Origin: Calditrichaceae bacterium
GTDB lineage: Bacteria > Calditrichota > Calditrichia > Calditrichales > JBFXGD01
Length of the DNA: 64,000 nucleotides
NCBI GenBank assembly: GCA_050173015.1
Contig: JBFXLE010000013.1
Span: 38,263 to 102,262 of the forward strand
Reading direction: 5' to 3'
A program made the position numbers and the translations under genes. Within the stretch, counting starts at the first letter, position 1; every line of letters starts with the position of its first letter. Shown one piece after another: positions 1-8,931 of this stretch. Under the pieces are notes generated by a model. It made no database searches, had not been told where the DNA came from, and worked only from the letters and a program-made list of their open reading frames with translations.

Positions 1-1005
1 ATGATGAATATCGACCGGCTGGGAATGATAACAAGCAGTTTGCGAAATGCGGTTCTCCTAACATTTTCGTTTGAGGCAATCGGATCAATTATGCTTTTCT
101 TTTCATGGAATCATCCGGATTGGTCCATGGGAGAGAGGATTTACCACTCTGTATTTCATTCAATCTCAGCGTTTTGTAACGCGGGATTTTCATTAAATTC
201 AGATTCTCTTATGAGTTACAGCAATAATTACCCGGTCCTGCTGATCATTGCCGTTTTGATAATATTCGGCGGGCTGGGTTTTGTTGTAATCATGGAACTG
301 GGCGGCGCGCGTGTATTTTCCGCGAACAAATCGGCAAAAAACAAAAAATGGTCGGTACAGACAAAACTGGTTGTGCTGATATCAACGATATTGCTGGTTG
401 CGGGAACATTTGTTATCTTTATTCTTGAAAGTTCTGACGGTTCGGTCGGGGACAGGTTAATGCAGGCATTCTTCAGTTCAGTAACGGCCCGCACGGCCGG
501 TTTTAATACGCTGGATTTTGCCCGTTTATCCATGCCCGCCACATTGCTGATTTTGATATTAATGTTTATCGGAGCTTCACCAGGGTCAACGGGAGGCGGA
601 ATAAAAACAACAACGCTTGGAGTGCTGTTCGGAAGCTTATATTCAATTATAACCGGCCATAATAAAATTAAAATGTTTAACCGGAATGTTTCGTTTATGG
701 TGCTGAACAGAGCCCTGGTGGTTTTCGCGTTTTCGATAACAGTGATAGCCGTTTCGACATTTTTTCTTTCAATCACCGAGAACGCGCAATATCTGGATAT
801 TCTGTTTGAGGAAATCTCCGCCTTTGGCACGGTAGGGCTATCAAGGGGTTTGACGCCAAATCTTACAGGATGGGGAAGATTTATTATCATTTTAACGATG
901 TTTATCGGAAGGATTGGGACATTGACGCTGGCATTCGCGATAACCACTCCTAAAGAAAACCAAAAAATTGAATATCCTACCGAACGAAATATTATGATAG
1001 GATAG
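1..1005 (+). CDS. TrkH/KtrB-family potassium uptake membrane subunit (5'-truncated by the window edge)
   Basis: Pore-loop motifs SAFCNAGF, TARTAGFNT, GSTGGGIKTTT and SAFGTVGLS; MFIGRIG; directly upstream of a KtrA-like gene. Confidence 0.93.
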   Translation: MMNIDRLGMITSSLRNAVLLTFSFEAIGSIMLFFSWNHPDWSMGERIYHSVFHSISAFCNAGFSLNSDSLMSYSNNYPVLLIIAVLIIFGGLGFVVIMELGGARVFSANKSAKNKKWSVQTKLVVLISTILLVAGTFVIFILESSDGSVGDRLMQAFFSSVTARTAGFNTLDFARLSMPATLLILILMFIGASPGSTGGGIKTTTLGVLFGSLYSIITGHNKIKMFNRNVSFMVLNRALVVFAFSITVIAVSTFFLSITENAQYLDILFEEISAFGTVGLSRGLTPNLTGWGRFIIILTMFIGRIGTLTLAFAITTPKENQKIEYPTERNIMIG

Positions 1006-1016
1006 AGGAGTTATTT

Positions 1017-1697
1017 ATGGATAAATATTTAATCATCGGCCTGGGTGTGTTTGGGAAAGAATTGGCGACAAATCTGATCGAGAAGGGCGCCGAGGTGATC
1101 GTTGTGGATAAAAGCATGACTCTTGTCGAAGAAATGCAGGATATGGTCACTTACGCGGTAAAACTGGATGCCACGGATGAATCCGCACTTTCAGCGCTCG
1201 GTGTCGCGGATATTGATGTAGCTGTCGTGTGCATAGGGGAACATTTTGAATCAAATCTATTGGCTGCCGTCAATCTCAAACATCTTGGAGTAAAGAAAGT
1301 GATCGCCCGCGCATCGGATCCGGTTCATGTCAAAATCCTGAGAGCAGTCGGTGTGGACATGATCATCACGCCGGAGGTTGAAGCGGCGGAAAAACTATCT
1401 TACCGGCTGATGCATAAAGGTCTGATTGATATTACCTTTATTGGTGACGGTAACGCCGCGGCCAAAGTGGCAGCTCCGAAAGTATTTATAGGCAAGTCAA
1501 TCGCGCAGATTGCGTTGCGGGTAAAATACGGTGTAAATTTAATAGCAATTCAGTCTCCGCGGAAGGAGGATAAAGATGGAACCCCCCTGCCGCCTGTCAT
1601 CAATAATAATCCATCGGCGGATACAATAATCACTGAAGGTGATATGATGATTGTCATCGGAAGTAATCGTGATTTGCAAAATTTGACCAAATTATAG
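1017..1697 (+). CDS. TrkA/KtrA-family potassium uptake NAD-binding (RCK) subunit
   Basis: N-terminal IIGLGVFG Rossmann motif; RCK_C-like C-terminus; follows the KtrB-like gene. Confidence 0.93.
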   Translation: MDKYLIIGLGVFGKELATNLIEKGAEVIVVDKSMTLVEEMQDMVTYAVKLDATDESALSALGVADIDVAVVCIGEHFESNLLAAVNLKHLGVKKVIARASDPVHVKILRAVGVDMIITPEVEAAEKLSYRLMHKGLIDITFIGDGNAAAKVAAPKVFIGKSIAQIALRVKYGVNLIAIQSPRKEDKDGTPLPPVINNNPSADTIITEGDMMIVIGSNRDLQNLTKL

Positions 1698-1747
1698 TTC
1701 CCGAACGCGAATAAATGATTTAAATCTGTTTTAAAGTGCATTTTTTC

Positions 1748-1776
1748 TTGACATTAATGGCCTTGTGAAATATATT
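1748..1776 (+). promoter_or_regulatory. sigma70-type promoter for tRNA-Arg
   Basis: TTGACA-17 bp-TATATT, ending 20 bp upstream of the tRNA. Confidence 0.7.
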
Positions 1777-1796
1777 TCGCCTCCGTGTAAAATCAC

Positions 1797-1870
1797 GCGC
1801 CTGTAGCTCAATTGGATAGAGCGTTGGATTCCGGTTCCAAAGGTTGGGGGTTCGATTCCCTCCAGGCGTA
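1797..1870 (+). tRNA. tRNA-Arg (anticodon CCG)
   Basis: Acceptor stem GCGCCTG/CAGGCGT; D arm AGCTCAATTGGATAGAGC; anticodon arm TTGGA-TTCCGGT-TCCAA; T loop GGTTCGATTCC; CCA not encoded. Confidence 0.95.
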
Positions 1871-2013
1871 CTTTTTATGGGTAAAATTAGTAACTGTGAA
1901 AGAGTCCCGAATTTAAATGCTTGACGTCATGCCGAAATTATCGTCCGGTTTTATTTTTACTTTCCAAACAGGGTTTTTCACAAATTTAATATCTGAAATA
2001 GATTGAGGATCTT

Positions 2014-3444
2014 ATGGCTGAGAAGGTGACACCGAGAGAAGTTGATTATTCACGCTGGTACACGGACGTGGTTTTACAGGCGAAGCTGGCAGATTATTCA
2101 CCCGTAAAAGGCGCGATGGTTATACGGCCGAACGGATATGCTATATGGGAAATGATCCAGAGCAATCTTGATAAAATGTTTAAGGATTCAGGACACGTTA
2201 ATGCCTATTTCCCGCTTTTGATACCAGAAAGTTTTATGAAAAAAGAAGCCGAGCATGTGGAAGGTTTTGCCCCTGAGTGCGCGGTTGTAACGCACGGCGG
2301 AGGTCAGGAGCTGGAAGAAAAATTATATATCCGGCCCACTTCCGAGACGATGATCTGGAGCATGTATAAAAAATGGATCATGAGTTACAGGGATTTGCCG
2401 ATCCTGATAAATCAGTGGGCAAATGTCATGCGCTGGGAGCTTCGTACAAGGTTATTCCTGAGAACATCAGAATTCCTTTGGCAGGAAGGACATACCGCCC
2501 ATGAAACTTATGATGAGGCGGAGGAAGAGTCATTAAAACTGCTGGAAATTTACCGAACTTTTTCCGAAGAATTTTTAGCGATTCCCGTGATTCCGGGTAA
2601 AAAATCGGATTCTGAAAAATTTGCAGGCGCGCTTCATACTTATTGTATTGAAGCGATGATGCAGGACCGTAAGGCGCTCCAGGCAGGGACTTCCCACCAT
2701 CTGGGACAAAATTTCGCGAAAGCGTTCGATGTGCAGTTTCAGGACAGAGAAGGGAAATTGAATTATGTTTGGGCCACTTCCTGGGGGGTAAGTACAAGAT
2801 TAATCGGCGCGCTTATCATGACTCACAGCGACGATCGTGGGGTTGTTATACCTCCGCGTGTGGCGCAGCGGCCCGTAGTGATTGTTCCGATCTGGCGTGG
2901 GGATGATCAGAAAAAAGTCGTTCTTGATTATGCCGATTCCGTATATAAAGAGTTAAAGACTCAACATAATGTGATATTTGATGACCGGGATCAATATAAA
3001 CCCGGATATAAATTTGCAGACTGGGAATTGCAGGGAATCCCTATCCGGCTCGAGATCGGTCCAAAGGATGTCGAGAAGAACCAGATGGTAATGGTTCGAA
3101 GGGACACGCTTGAGAAAAAGAACGTGAACAGAGATGGGATTTTGGAACGAGTCACTTCGGAATTAGAGCTCATGCAGAAGGAATTATTGGAACGGGCAAG
3201 GAATTTTCAGAATGAGAATACGTTTGAAATTGATAATTATGATCGGTTCAAAGACGTTATCGCGAAAGACGGGGGATTCATCAAAAGTCATTGGTGTGGA
3301 AGCCCTGAATGCGAGGCAAAGGTAAAGGATGACACAAAAGCGACGCTTCGGTGTATCCCGTTTGATCAGCAAAAAGAGAGCGGCAAATGTATTATCTGCG
3401 GTAAAGATTCAGAGGGACGCGTAATATTCGCGAAGGCCTATTAA
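2014..3444 (+). CDS. proS: Proline--tRNA ligase (archaeal/eukaryote-like type)
   Basis: [44 protein letters not shown]-terminal Cys pairs and terminal FAKAY. Confidence 0.97.
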   Translation: MAEKVTPREVDYSRWYTDVVLQAKLADYSPVKGAMVIRPNGYAIWEMIQSNLDKMFKDSGHVNAYFPLLIPESFMKKEAEHVEGFAPECAVVTHGGGQELEEKLYIRPTSETMIWSMYKKWIMSYRDLPILINQWANVMRWELRTRLFLRTSEFLWQEGHTAHETYDEAEEESLKLLEIYRTFSEEFLAIPVIPGKKSDSEKFAGALHTYCIEAMMQDRKALQAGTSHHLGQNFAKAFDVQFQDREGKLNYVWATSWGVSTRLIGALIMTHSDDRGVVIPPRVAQRPVVIVPIWRGDDQKKVVLDYADSVYKELKTQHNVIFDDRDQYKPGYKFADWELQGIPIRLEIGPKDVEKNQMVMVRRDTLEKKNVNRDGILERVTSELELMQKELLERARNFQNENTFEIDNYDRFKDVIAKDGGFIKSHWCGSPECEAKVKDDTKATLRCIPFDQQKESGKCIICGKDSEGRVIFAKAY

Positions 3445-3530
3445 TAAGTTTTTGTGTTCTTCGGAAACTTAAAGAGCGTTTTTGGAGTAGATTTTATAAA
3501 ATCGGATATTCATTGAAATAAAGAAGAAAT

Positions 3531-4361
3531 ATGAATAACAACAAGTCTTTTGGTTTTGGACCGGGCGGTGTCCTGCCTCCGGCTGTAAAGAATATCATCT
3601 TCCTCAATGGGGTGGTGTTTTTAATGCAGTTTATAAATCCGAGCCTCAACAGCGTTCTGGTCAATAATTTCGCGCTCGATCCGTATGGTGTGCTGCACCA
3701 GTTCAAAATTTGGCAATTGGTGACATACATGTTTCTGCACGGCGGATTCTGGCATGTGTTTTTCAATATGTTCATTTTCTGGATGTTTGGAGCGGAACTG
3801 GAACGGGAGTGGGGAACGAGAGAGTTTTTAAAATACTATTTTTTAACGGGAATCGGAGCGGGTTTAACAGTAATTCTACTCTCCAACGCCCCGACAATCG
3901 GCGCCTCAGGCGCGGTTTACGGTATTATGGTTGCCTATGCTTTAAGATATCCTGACCGGATGATATACATCTACTTTCTTTTTCCGGTTAAGGTTAAATA
4001 TTTTATGGCATTTCTTGCTCTGGTCTCTTTCTTTTCGACACTTGGTCCGGGTACGGACGGGATCGCGCACGCGGCGCATCTTGGCGGAATGGTGATCGGA
4101 TTTGTTTACCTGAAATACTGGTATCTGTTTTATAAAATCAAAGGCAGCTTTGATTCTATATCTAAAAAAGCTTCTCGTAACGCGGATATGAAATACACCA
4201 AAGGCGGGTCGGATAAAACCCAGTATTACAGACAGGTTTTGGATGATTTACTGGATAAAATGAATCGGGTTGGATTCATGAATCTGACCGAAGAGGAGCG
4301 GAAACTGCTTGACGAGAGCAGTAAATATCTCCGCGAACATGATGAAGGAAATTATAATTAA
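3531..4361 (+). CDS. Rhomboid-family intramembrane serine protease
   Basis: WQLVTYMFLHG, HVFFNM, catalytic GASG and AHLGG; short helical C-terminal domain. Confidence 0.93.
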   Translation: MNNNKSFGFGPGGVLPPAVKNIIFLNGVVFLMQFINPSLNSVLVNNFALDPYGVLHQFKIWQLVTYMFLHGGFWHVFFNMFIFWMFGAELEREWGTREFLKYYFLTGIGAGLTVILLSNAPTIGASGAVYGIMVAYALRYPDRMIYIYFLFPVKVKYFMAFLALVSFFSTLGPGTDGIAHAAHLGGMVIGFVYLKYWYLFYKIKGSFDSISKKASRNADMKYTKGGSDKTQYYRQVLDDLLDKMNRVGFMNLTEEERKLLDESSKYLREHDEGNYN

Positions 4362-4394
4362 TGACAGATAAGTCTTTCAAGGGAGGCTGTCTCA

Positions 4395-4631
4395 ATGGCT
4401 TACTTCGAGAATTTACGGTGCAGCGCTGAAGATTGTCATTATAATCATGATATGTTATGCTATCGGGAATCAATCACACTTGACCTAAACGGTACGTGTG
4501 AGGACATGACGGATTGCGATGATTTTGAATGTCATGATTGTGAGTTTTTCGATTTTTGTAAAAAAGAAAAAAAATTCAATTCAGCTGCTTTCACGGGGAA
4601 CGAAGATTATTACAACGAAGACGAATATTGA
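4395..4631 (+). CDS. Small Cys-rich acidic protein, DUF1540-like
   Basis: GGAGG RBS; C-x4-C-x-YN-x4-C-x4-I pattern; further CxxC motifs; followed by a terminator. Confidence 0.65.
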   Translation: MAYFENLRCSAEDCHYNHDMLCYRESITLDLNGTCEDMTDCDDFECHDCEFFDFCKKEKKFNSAAFTGNEDYYNEDEY

Positions 4632-4652
4632 TCCCCGTCGTCGCACGAAATG

Positions 4653-4684
4653 AAAAAGCCCGGTAATTTGCCGGGCTTTTTTTT
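4653..4684. terminator. Bidirectional intrinsic terminator
   Basis: AAAAAGCCCGGT-AATTT-GCCGGGCTTTTTTTT between convergent genes. Confidence 0.85.
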
Positions 4685-5810
4685 ATAATGGATATGAATA
4701 AATCCTGTATTTCTTGTATATCCGCGAACCAACAGCCTCAATCGCGCGATTCATGGCGTGGTTATCTTCCAGAATCCATGACATTTCACCCGCCTGATAG
4801 CCCAATTTTCTGGCTCGGCGAATCGATTCAATATAAAAGATGGCGCCTAAGCCAAGAAACTGATACTCTTTTTTGACTCCGAGTATCACGACACGGACGG
4901 TTTTTATCTTTTTTAATCCCGTAAGCAGTTTAAATATTCCGGTCGGCAGCAACCGGCCATTGGGGATTTTTGCAAAAATTTCATTGACATTAGGAAGCGT
5001 GACGCTAAAGCCTATGGGCTCGCCGTTTTTCTCGGCCAAAAGGAGTAGATTCTCATCGGCGATATCCTTTAAATCCGCCGCGACATGGTTTATCTCCTCA
5101 TCAGTGAAAGGGACAAAGCCCCAGTTTTCACTCCAGGCGTTATTGTATATCTCTTTGACCAGTTTGATCTCATTTTTAAGATCTTTTACCTTCAAATTGC
5201 GGATTTTCAGGTCATATTTTTTAATAATCTTTTCGGAGACCCTTATCATCTTCTCGGTGATGTTTTTTTCCGCTTCTTCCGTTGTAATCATCCATGCATA
5301 AAGATCTTTAGCTTTTACATTTCCGAATCCCTCAACAATCCCGGGATAGTAATCCGGATTATGCGTCATCATCAGATACGGCGGCGTGTCAAATCCGGTA
5401 ATCAGAAGACCCGCCTCGTCGTTTGTGGATGGGTTCATCGGGCCGATCATCACATCGCGTTTTTTCTCTTTAAGCCAGTCCGCGGCAGCCCGGAAGAGGG
5501 CATTTGCGGCATCCTGGTCATCGATACAGTCAAAGAAGCCCCAGAATCCAGTCTTATCATTATGAAAATCGTTGTAGTTACGGTTTGTGATGGCCGCTAT
5601 GCGTCCAACAATTTTCCCGTTTTTGTGAGCTAAAAACATCTCCATTTCGGAATGTGAAAAGAAGGGATTCTTTTTTGGGTTGAGCAAATCTTTTCTTGCC
5701 AGTTTCAAAGGGCTCACCCAGTTTGGAGTGTGCCGGTTGATTTCCCACTCAAAGTTGATGAAACTTTTTTTTTCTTTCGCGGATCGGACAGGTTCAACTC
5801 TTACTTCCAT
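4683..5810 (-). CDS. GNAT-fold N-acyltransferase (YghO-like); candidate bacterial ceramide synthase
   Basis: GRIAA, GFWGFFDC, GPMNPSTNDEAGLL, NPDYY, YNNAWSENWGFVP, EMSWILEDN; 21 bp downstream of the SPT-like gene. Confidence 0.75.
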   Translation of the reverse strand: MEVRVEPVRSAKEKKSFINFEWEINRHTPNWVSPLKLARKDLLNPKKNPFFSHSEMEMFLAHKNGKIVGRIAAITNRNYNDFHNDKTGFWGFFDCIDDQDAANALFRAAADWLKEKKRDVMIGPMNPSTNDEAGLLITGFDTPPYLMMTHNPDYYPGIVEGFGNVKAKDLYAWMITTEEAEKNITEKMIRVSEKIIKKYDLKIRNLKVKDLKNEIKLVKEIYNNAWSENWGFVPFTDEEINHVAADLKDIADENLLLLAEKNGEPIGFSVTLPNVNEIFAKIPNGRLLPTGIFKLLTGLKKIKTVRVVILGVKKEYQFLGLGAIFYIESIRRARKLGYQAGEMSWILEDNHAMNRAIEAVGSRIYKKYRIYSYPL

Positions 5811-5831
5811 ATTTTATCCTCGCTTAAAGAA

Positions 5832-7019
5832 TTAGATGATTCCTGTTTCTTTGCCGATTCTTTTCATGATATCAAGAACCTGCTCCAAATCTTCATCAGT
5901 ATGACTGGACATAAAACTTGTTCTCAGGAGCGCCTGGTCTGGCGGCACCGCCGGGCTGATAACTGCGTTGGCAAATACACCGGCATCAAATAATTTCCGC
6001 CAGAAATAAAAGGTTTTTTCATCATTCCGCACAAAAATAGGAATTATTGGTGTATCATTGCTTACCCCTGTGTCAAATCCAATGGATTGAAATTCTTTAC
6101 GCATAAAAGACGCGATATATTGAAGTCTTTGTAGATGTTCCGGTTCACTCTTTATGATATCGATCGCTTTCATTACCGAAGCGGTTGCCGCGGGTGTGGG
6201 CGATGCGCTAAAAATCAAAGGACTGGCTTTATGTTTGATATAGCTGATAACCTCCTCGCTGCCGGCAATAAATCCGCCAATGGAAGCAAGAGATTTGCTG
6301 AAAGTACTCATGACAATATCCACATCCTCTTCAAAACCGAGATGTTCACAACTGCCTCTTCCGTTTTTTCCAAGCACGCCTACACCATGGGCTTCATCAA
6401 TATAAACCCGCGCATTATATTTTTTTGCAATTTCTATTAATTTATCAAGCTTTACAAGATCGCCTTCCATACTAAAGACTCCGTCGCTGACGATCATCTT
6501 GCCTTTTTCAGGTTCGAGACGCGAAATAACCCGTTCCAGGTCTTCCATATCATTATGCCGGTATCTCTTAATGTTAGCGCCCAGAGCCGCGATTGTTCCG
6601 GCGTAAATTGACGCGTGATCCGCTTTATCCATGATGATATAATCATCTTTTCCCGCCAGGGTCGAGATAGCCCCTAAATTAGTCATATAGCCCGTGCTGA
6701 AAATAAGGGCGGCTTCACGATTCATGAATTGGGCGATTTTCTGTTCCAGTTCAAGATGCATGTCAAGTGTGCCGTTTAAAAAACGGGAACCGGAACAGCT
6801 GGTACCATATTTTCTGGTGGCTTCGATCGCTGCTTCAATAACACGGGGATCCTGAGTCAGGCCAAGATAATTATTTGAACCGATCATGATCACTTCATGT
6901 CCGTCCATCCGGACCCGGGGGCCGTCATTACCGGAAAGTGGTATAAAATAGGGATACATTCCCGCTTTTATTGTTTCCTTAGCGCGGGTGAAATTTTTGC
7001 ATTTAGTAAATATATCCAA
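5832..7019 (-). CDS. spt: PLP-dependent alpha-oxoamine synthase, most like serine palmitoyltransferase
   Basis: GSNNYLGL, GSRFLNGT, DHASI, DGVFSMEGD, DEAHG, TFSKS (PLP Lys); probable TTG start at 7019 after GGAGG (the ORF track extends to 7049). Confidence 0.8.
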   Translation of the reverse strand: MDIFTKCKNFTRAKETIKAGMYPYFIPLSGNDGPRVRMDGHEVIMIGSNNYLGLTQDPRVIEAAIEATRKYGTSCSGSRFLNGTLDMHLELEQKIAQFMNREAALIFSTGYMTNLGAISTLAGKDDYIIMDKADHASIYAGTIAALGANIKRYRHNDMEDLERVISRLEPEKGKMIVSDGVFSMEGDLVKLDKLIEIAKKYNARVYIDEAHGVGVLGKNGRGSCEHLGFEEDVDIVMSTFSKSLASIGGFIAGSEEVISYIKHKASPLIFSASPTPAATASVMKAIDIIKSEPEHLQRLQYIASFMRKEFQSIGFDTGVSNDTPIIPIFVRNDEKTFYFWRKLFDAGVFANAVISPAVPPDQALLRTSFMSSHTDEDLEQVLDIMKRIGKETGII

Positions 7020-7218
7020 TAACCCTCCTGGAAAAAAATGAAGTTTCAATTAAGGATTTCAGGATTTTAAAGTCCTTTTAATAAATAAAAAATAATAAAT
7101 TAACAATGGTAAAAAGTTTGCGAAATTTAATAAACTTTTTTAAAATATGCTAATCATTTTATGAGAACCGATCTATAAAATTATAAAAAACAATAAATTG
7201 CAAAGAAAGTTTTTTTGA

Positions 7219-8199
7219 ATGAAAATTTTATTGACAGGCGCGACAGGATTTATCGGCAGCTTCCTTGCTGAATCGCTGCTAAACAGGGGATATGAAGTCC
7301 GTTGTCTCGTTCGCAGTACAAGCAACCTGCGATGGATCGCGGATCTTGATGTTGAATGTTTTTACGGCAGTCTTAATGACCGGAAAGCGCTTGGCGACGC
7401 GATAAAGGATGTGGATTACGTTTATCATATTGCCGGCGTGACAAAGGCGGACAGCGAAGAGAAGTTCTACCGGGGTAATTATGAAGGCACAAAAAATCTG
7501 ATTGACGCTGTTATAAATTCGAAACACAAAATTAAGCGGTTTCTGATGGTGAGTTCTCAGGCCGCCTGTGGGCCAAGTCCCACAATCAGTCCCGTTAATG
7601 AGTCTATCGATCCTGTACCGATTACCTTCTATGGTAGAAGCAAGCTCGCTGCGGAGAGATATGTCATGGGACTCAGCAAAAAAGTGCCGGTTACTATCGT
7701 CAGACCACCGGTCGTATATGGTCCTCGCGATACTGATGTGCTCGAAATGTTTAAAACAGCAAAAATGCGCCTGATTCCGCAATTGGGCGGAAGGGAAAAG
7801 TATTTTAGCCTGATATATGCAAAAGATCTTGTGAATGGTATCATCCTTGCCGCAGAAAATAAAAAATCCGCCGGGAAAATATACTTTCTGGCGAATTCAA
7901 AGCCGGTCAGCGCGGACGAATTTGCGCGGATTATACTGGATTTGCTGGGTAAAAGAGGAATCCGCGTGAGTATTCCCATGCCGTTGATGAAATTGATAGC
8001 AACGGTTTCAGAGACCTATGCAAAATTTTCAGGGAAAGATACGATTATTAACCGCCAGAAGATTCTCGAAATGGAACCGGATTTCTGGGTATGCAGCGCT
8101 AAAAAAGCAAAGGAAGATTTTGGTTTTGAAGCAGAAACATCTCTGGAAGATGGTATCCGGGAGACACTGAGCTGGTATGTCAGAAACAACTGGTTATAA
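7219..8199 (+). CDS. Extended SDR NAD-dependent epimerase/reductase; candidate ceramide (3-keto) reductase
   Basis: TGATGFIG, YGRSK (YxxxK), RPPVVYGPRD; divergent from spt. Confidence 0.8.
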   Translation: MKILLTGATGFIGSFLAESLLNRGYEVRCLVRSTSNLRWIADLDVECFYGSLNDRKALGDAIKDVDYVYHIAGVTKADSEEKFYRGNYEGTKNLIDAVINSKHKIKRFLMVSSQAACGPSPTISPVNESIDPVPITFYGRSKLAAERYVMGLSKKVPVTIVRPPVVYGPRDTDVLEMFKTAKMRLIPQLGGREKYFSLIYAKDLVNGIILAAENKKSAGKIYFLANSKPVSADEFARIILDLLGKRGIRVSIPMPLMKLIATVSETYAKFSGKDTIINRQKILEMEPDFWVCSAKKAKEDFGFEAETSLEDGIRETLSWYVRNNWL

Positions 8200-8929
8200 T
8201 AAAAATTGGTATAAAGAATGGTTCGGTGAAGATTATCTAACCGTATATGAACACCGTGACCAGGATGACGCGCTGAAATTAATCGATTTGATCTTCAGAG
8301 AAGTCCCCATTAAAATCCAAAGCAAAATCCTTGATGTGGCGTGCGGAAACGGACGTCATGCTTATTTGTTAGGGGATCAGTCATACAAAGTTTTTGGTGT
8401 TGATCTGTCGGCGCATCTTCTCGAAGAGGCAAAAAACAGACAGACTGCCGGAATTTCCCCTTCACTTGCCCAGGCAGATATGCGATATTTGCCGTTTCGC
8501 CCGCAATATTTCGATGTTATTTTTAGTTTGTTTACATCGTTCGGATATTTTGAGAAGGACCGGACGAACCAATCCGTCGCGATGGAGCTGTCCAGGGTTT
8601 TAAAGAAGGAAGGATATTTTGTGATGGATTACTTAAATCCCGATTATGTTGTCGCCAATTTAAACCCCTACGGAAACCGGAGAGCCGGTGATCTCGAGAT
8701 TGAAGAGGAACGCTGGGTTGATGAAAAGAGAGTTTATAAAAAAATCACGATCAACAAAAATGCCGGACACAAGGTGTTTTATGAATCAGTCCGCTTGTAT
8801 TCAGCAAAAGAAATGACTGAAATTCTGGGAACAGCCGGAATCCGTATCGAAAAATTATTTGGTGAGTATGACGGAAGCGTTTACCATCCGGGATCGAGCC
8901 GGATGATCATATTTGGAAAGAAAGATTAA
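8177..8929 (+). CDS. Class I SAM-dependent methyltransferase
   Basis: LDVACGNGRH, GVDLS, ADMR, FTSFGYF. Confidence 0.9.
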   Translation: MSETTGYNKNWYKEWFGEDYLTVYEHRDQDDALKLIDLIFREVPIKIQSKILDVACGNGRHAYLLGDQSYKVFGVDLSAHLLEEAKNRQTAGISPSLAQADMRYLPFRPQYFDVIFSLFTSFGYFEKDRTNQSVAMELSRVLKKEGYFVMDYLNPDYVVANLNPYGNRRAGDLEIEEERWVDEKRVYKKITINKNAGHKVFYESVRLYSAKEMTEILGTAGIRIEKLFGEYDGSVYHPGSSRMIIFGKKD

Positions 8930-8931
8930 AT

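Noticed and set aside
228-947. Long antisense ORFs, e.g. 228-947, 4873-5301, 5085-5633, 16186-16713, 38340-38912, 43062-43637
   Set aside because: They are shadows of well-supported genes on the opposite strand and have no motifs of their own.
1797-2013. tRNA genes as island integration sites (also 18862-18947)
   Set aside because: No integrase, no duplicated tRNA 3' end noticed, and housekeeping genes follow both tRNAs.
5832-7049. Annotation as bioF (8-amino-7-oxononanoate synthase)
   Set aside because: The GSRFLNGT motif and the GNAT/reductase neighbours fit SPT better, and no biotin genes are nearby. Not fully excluded without a tree.
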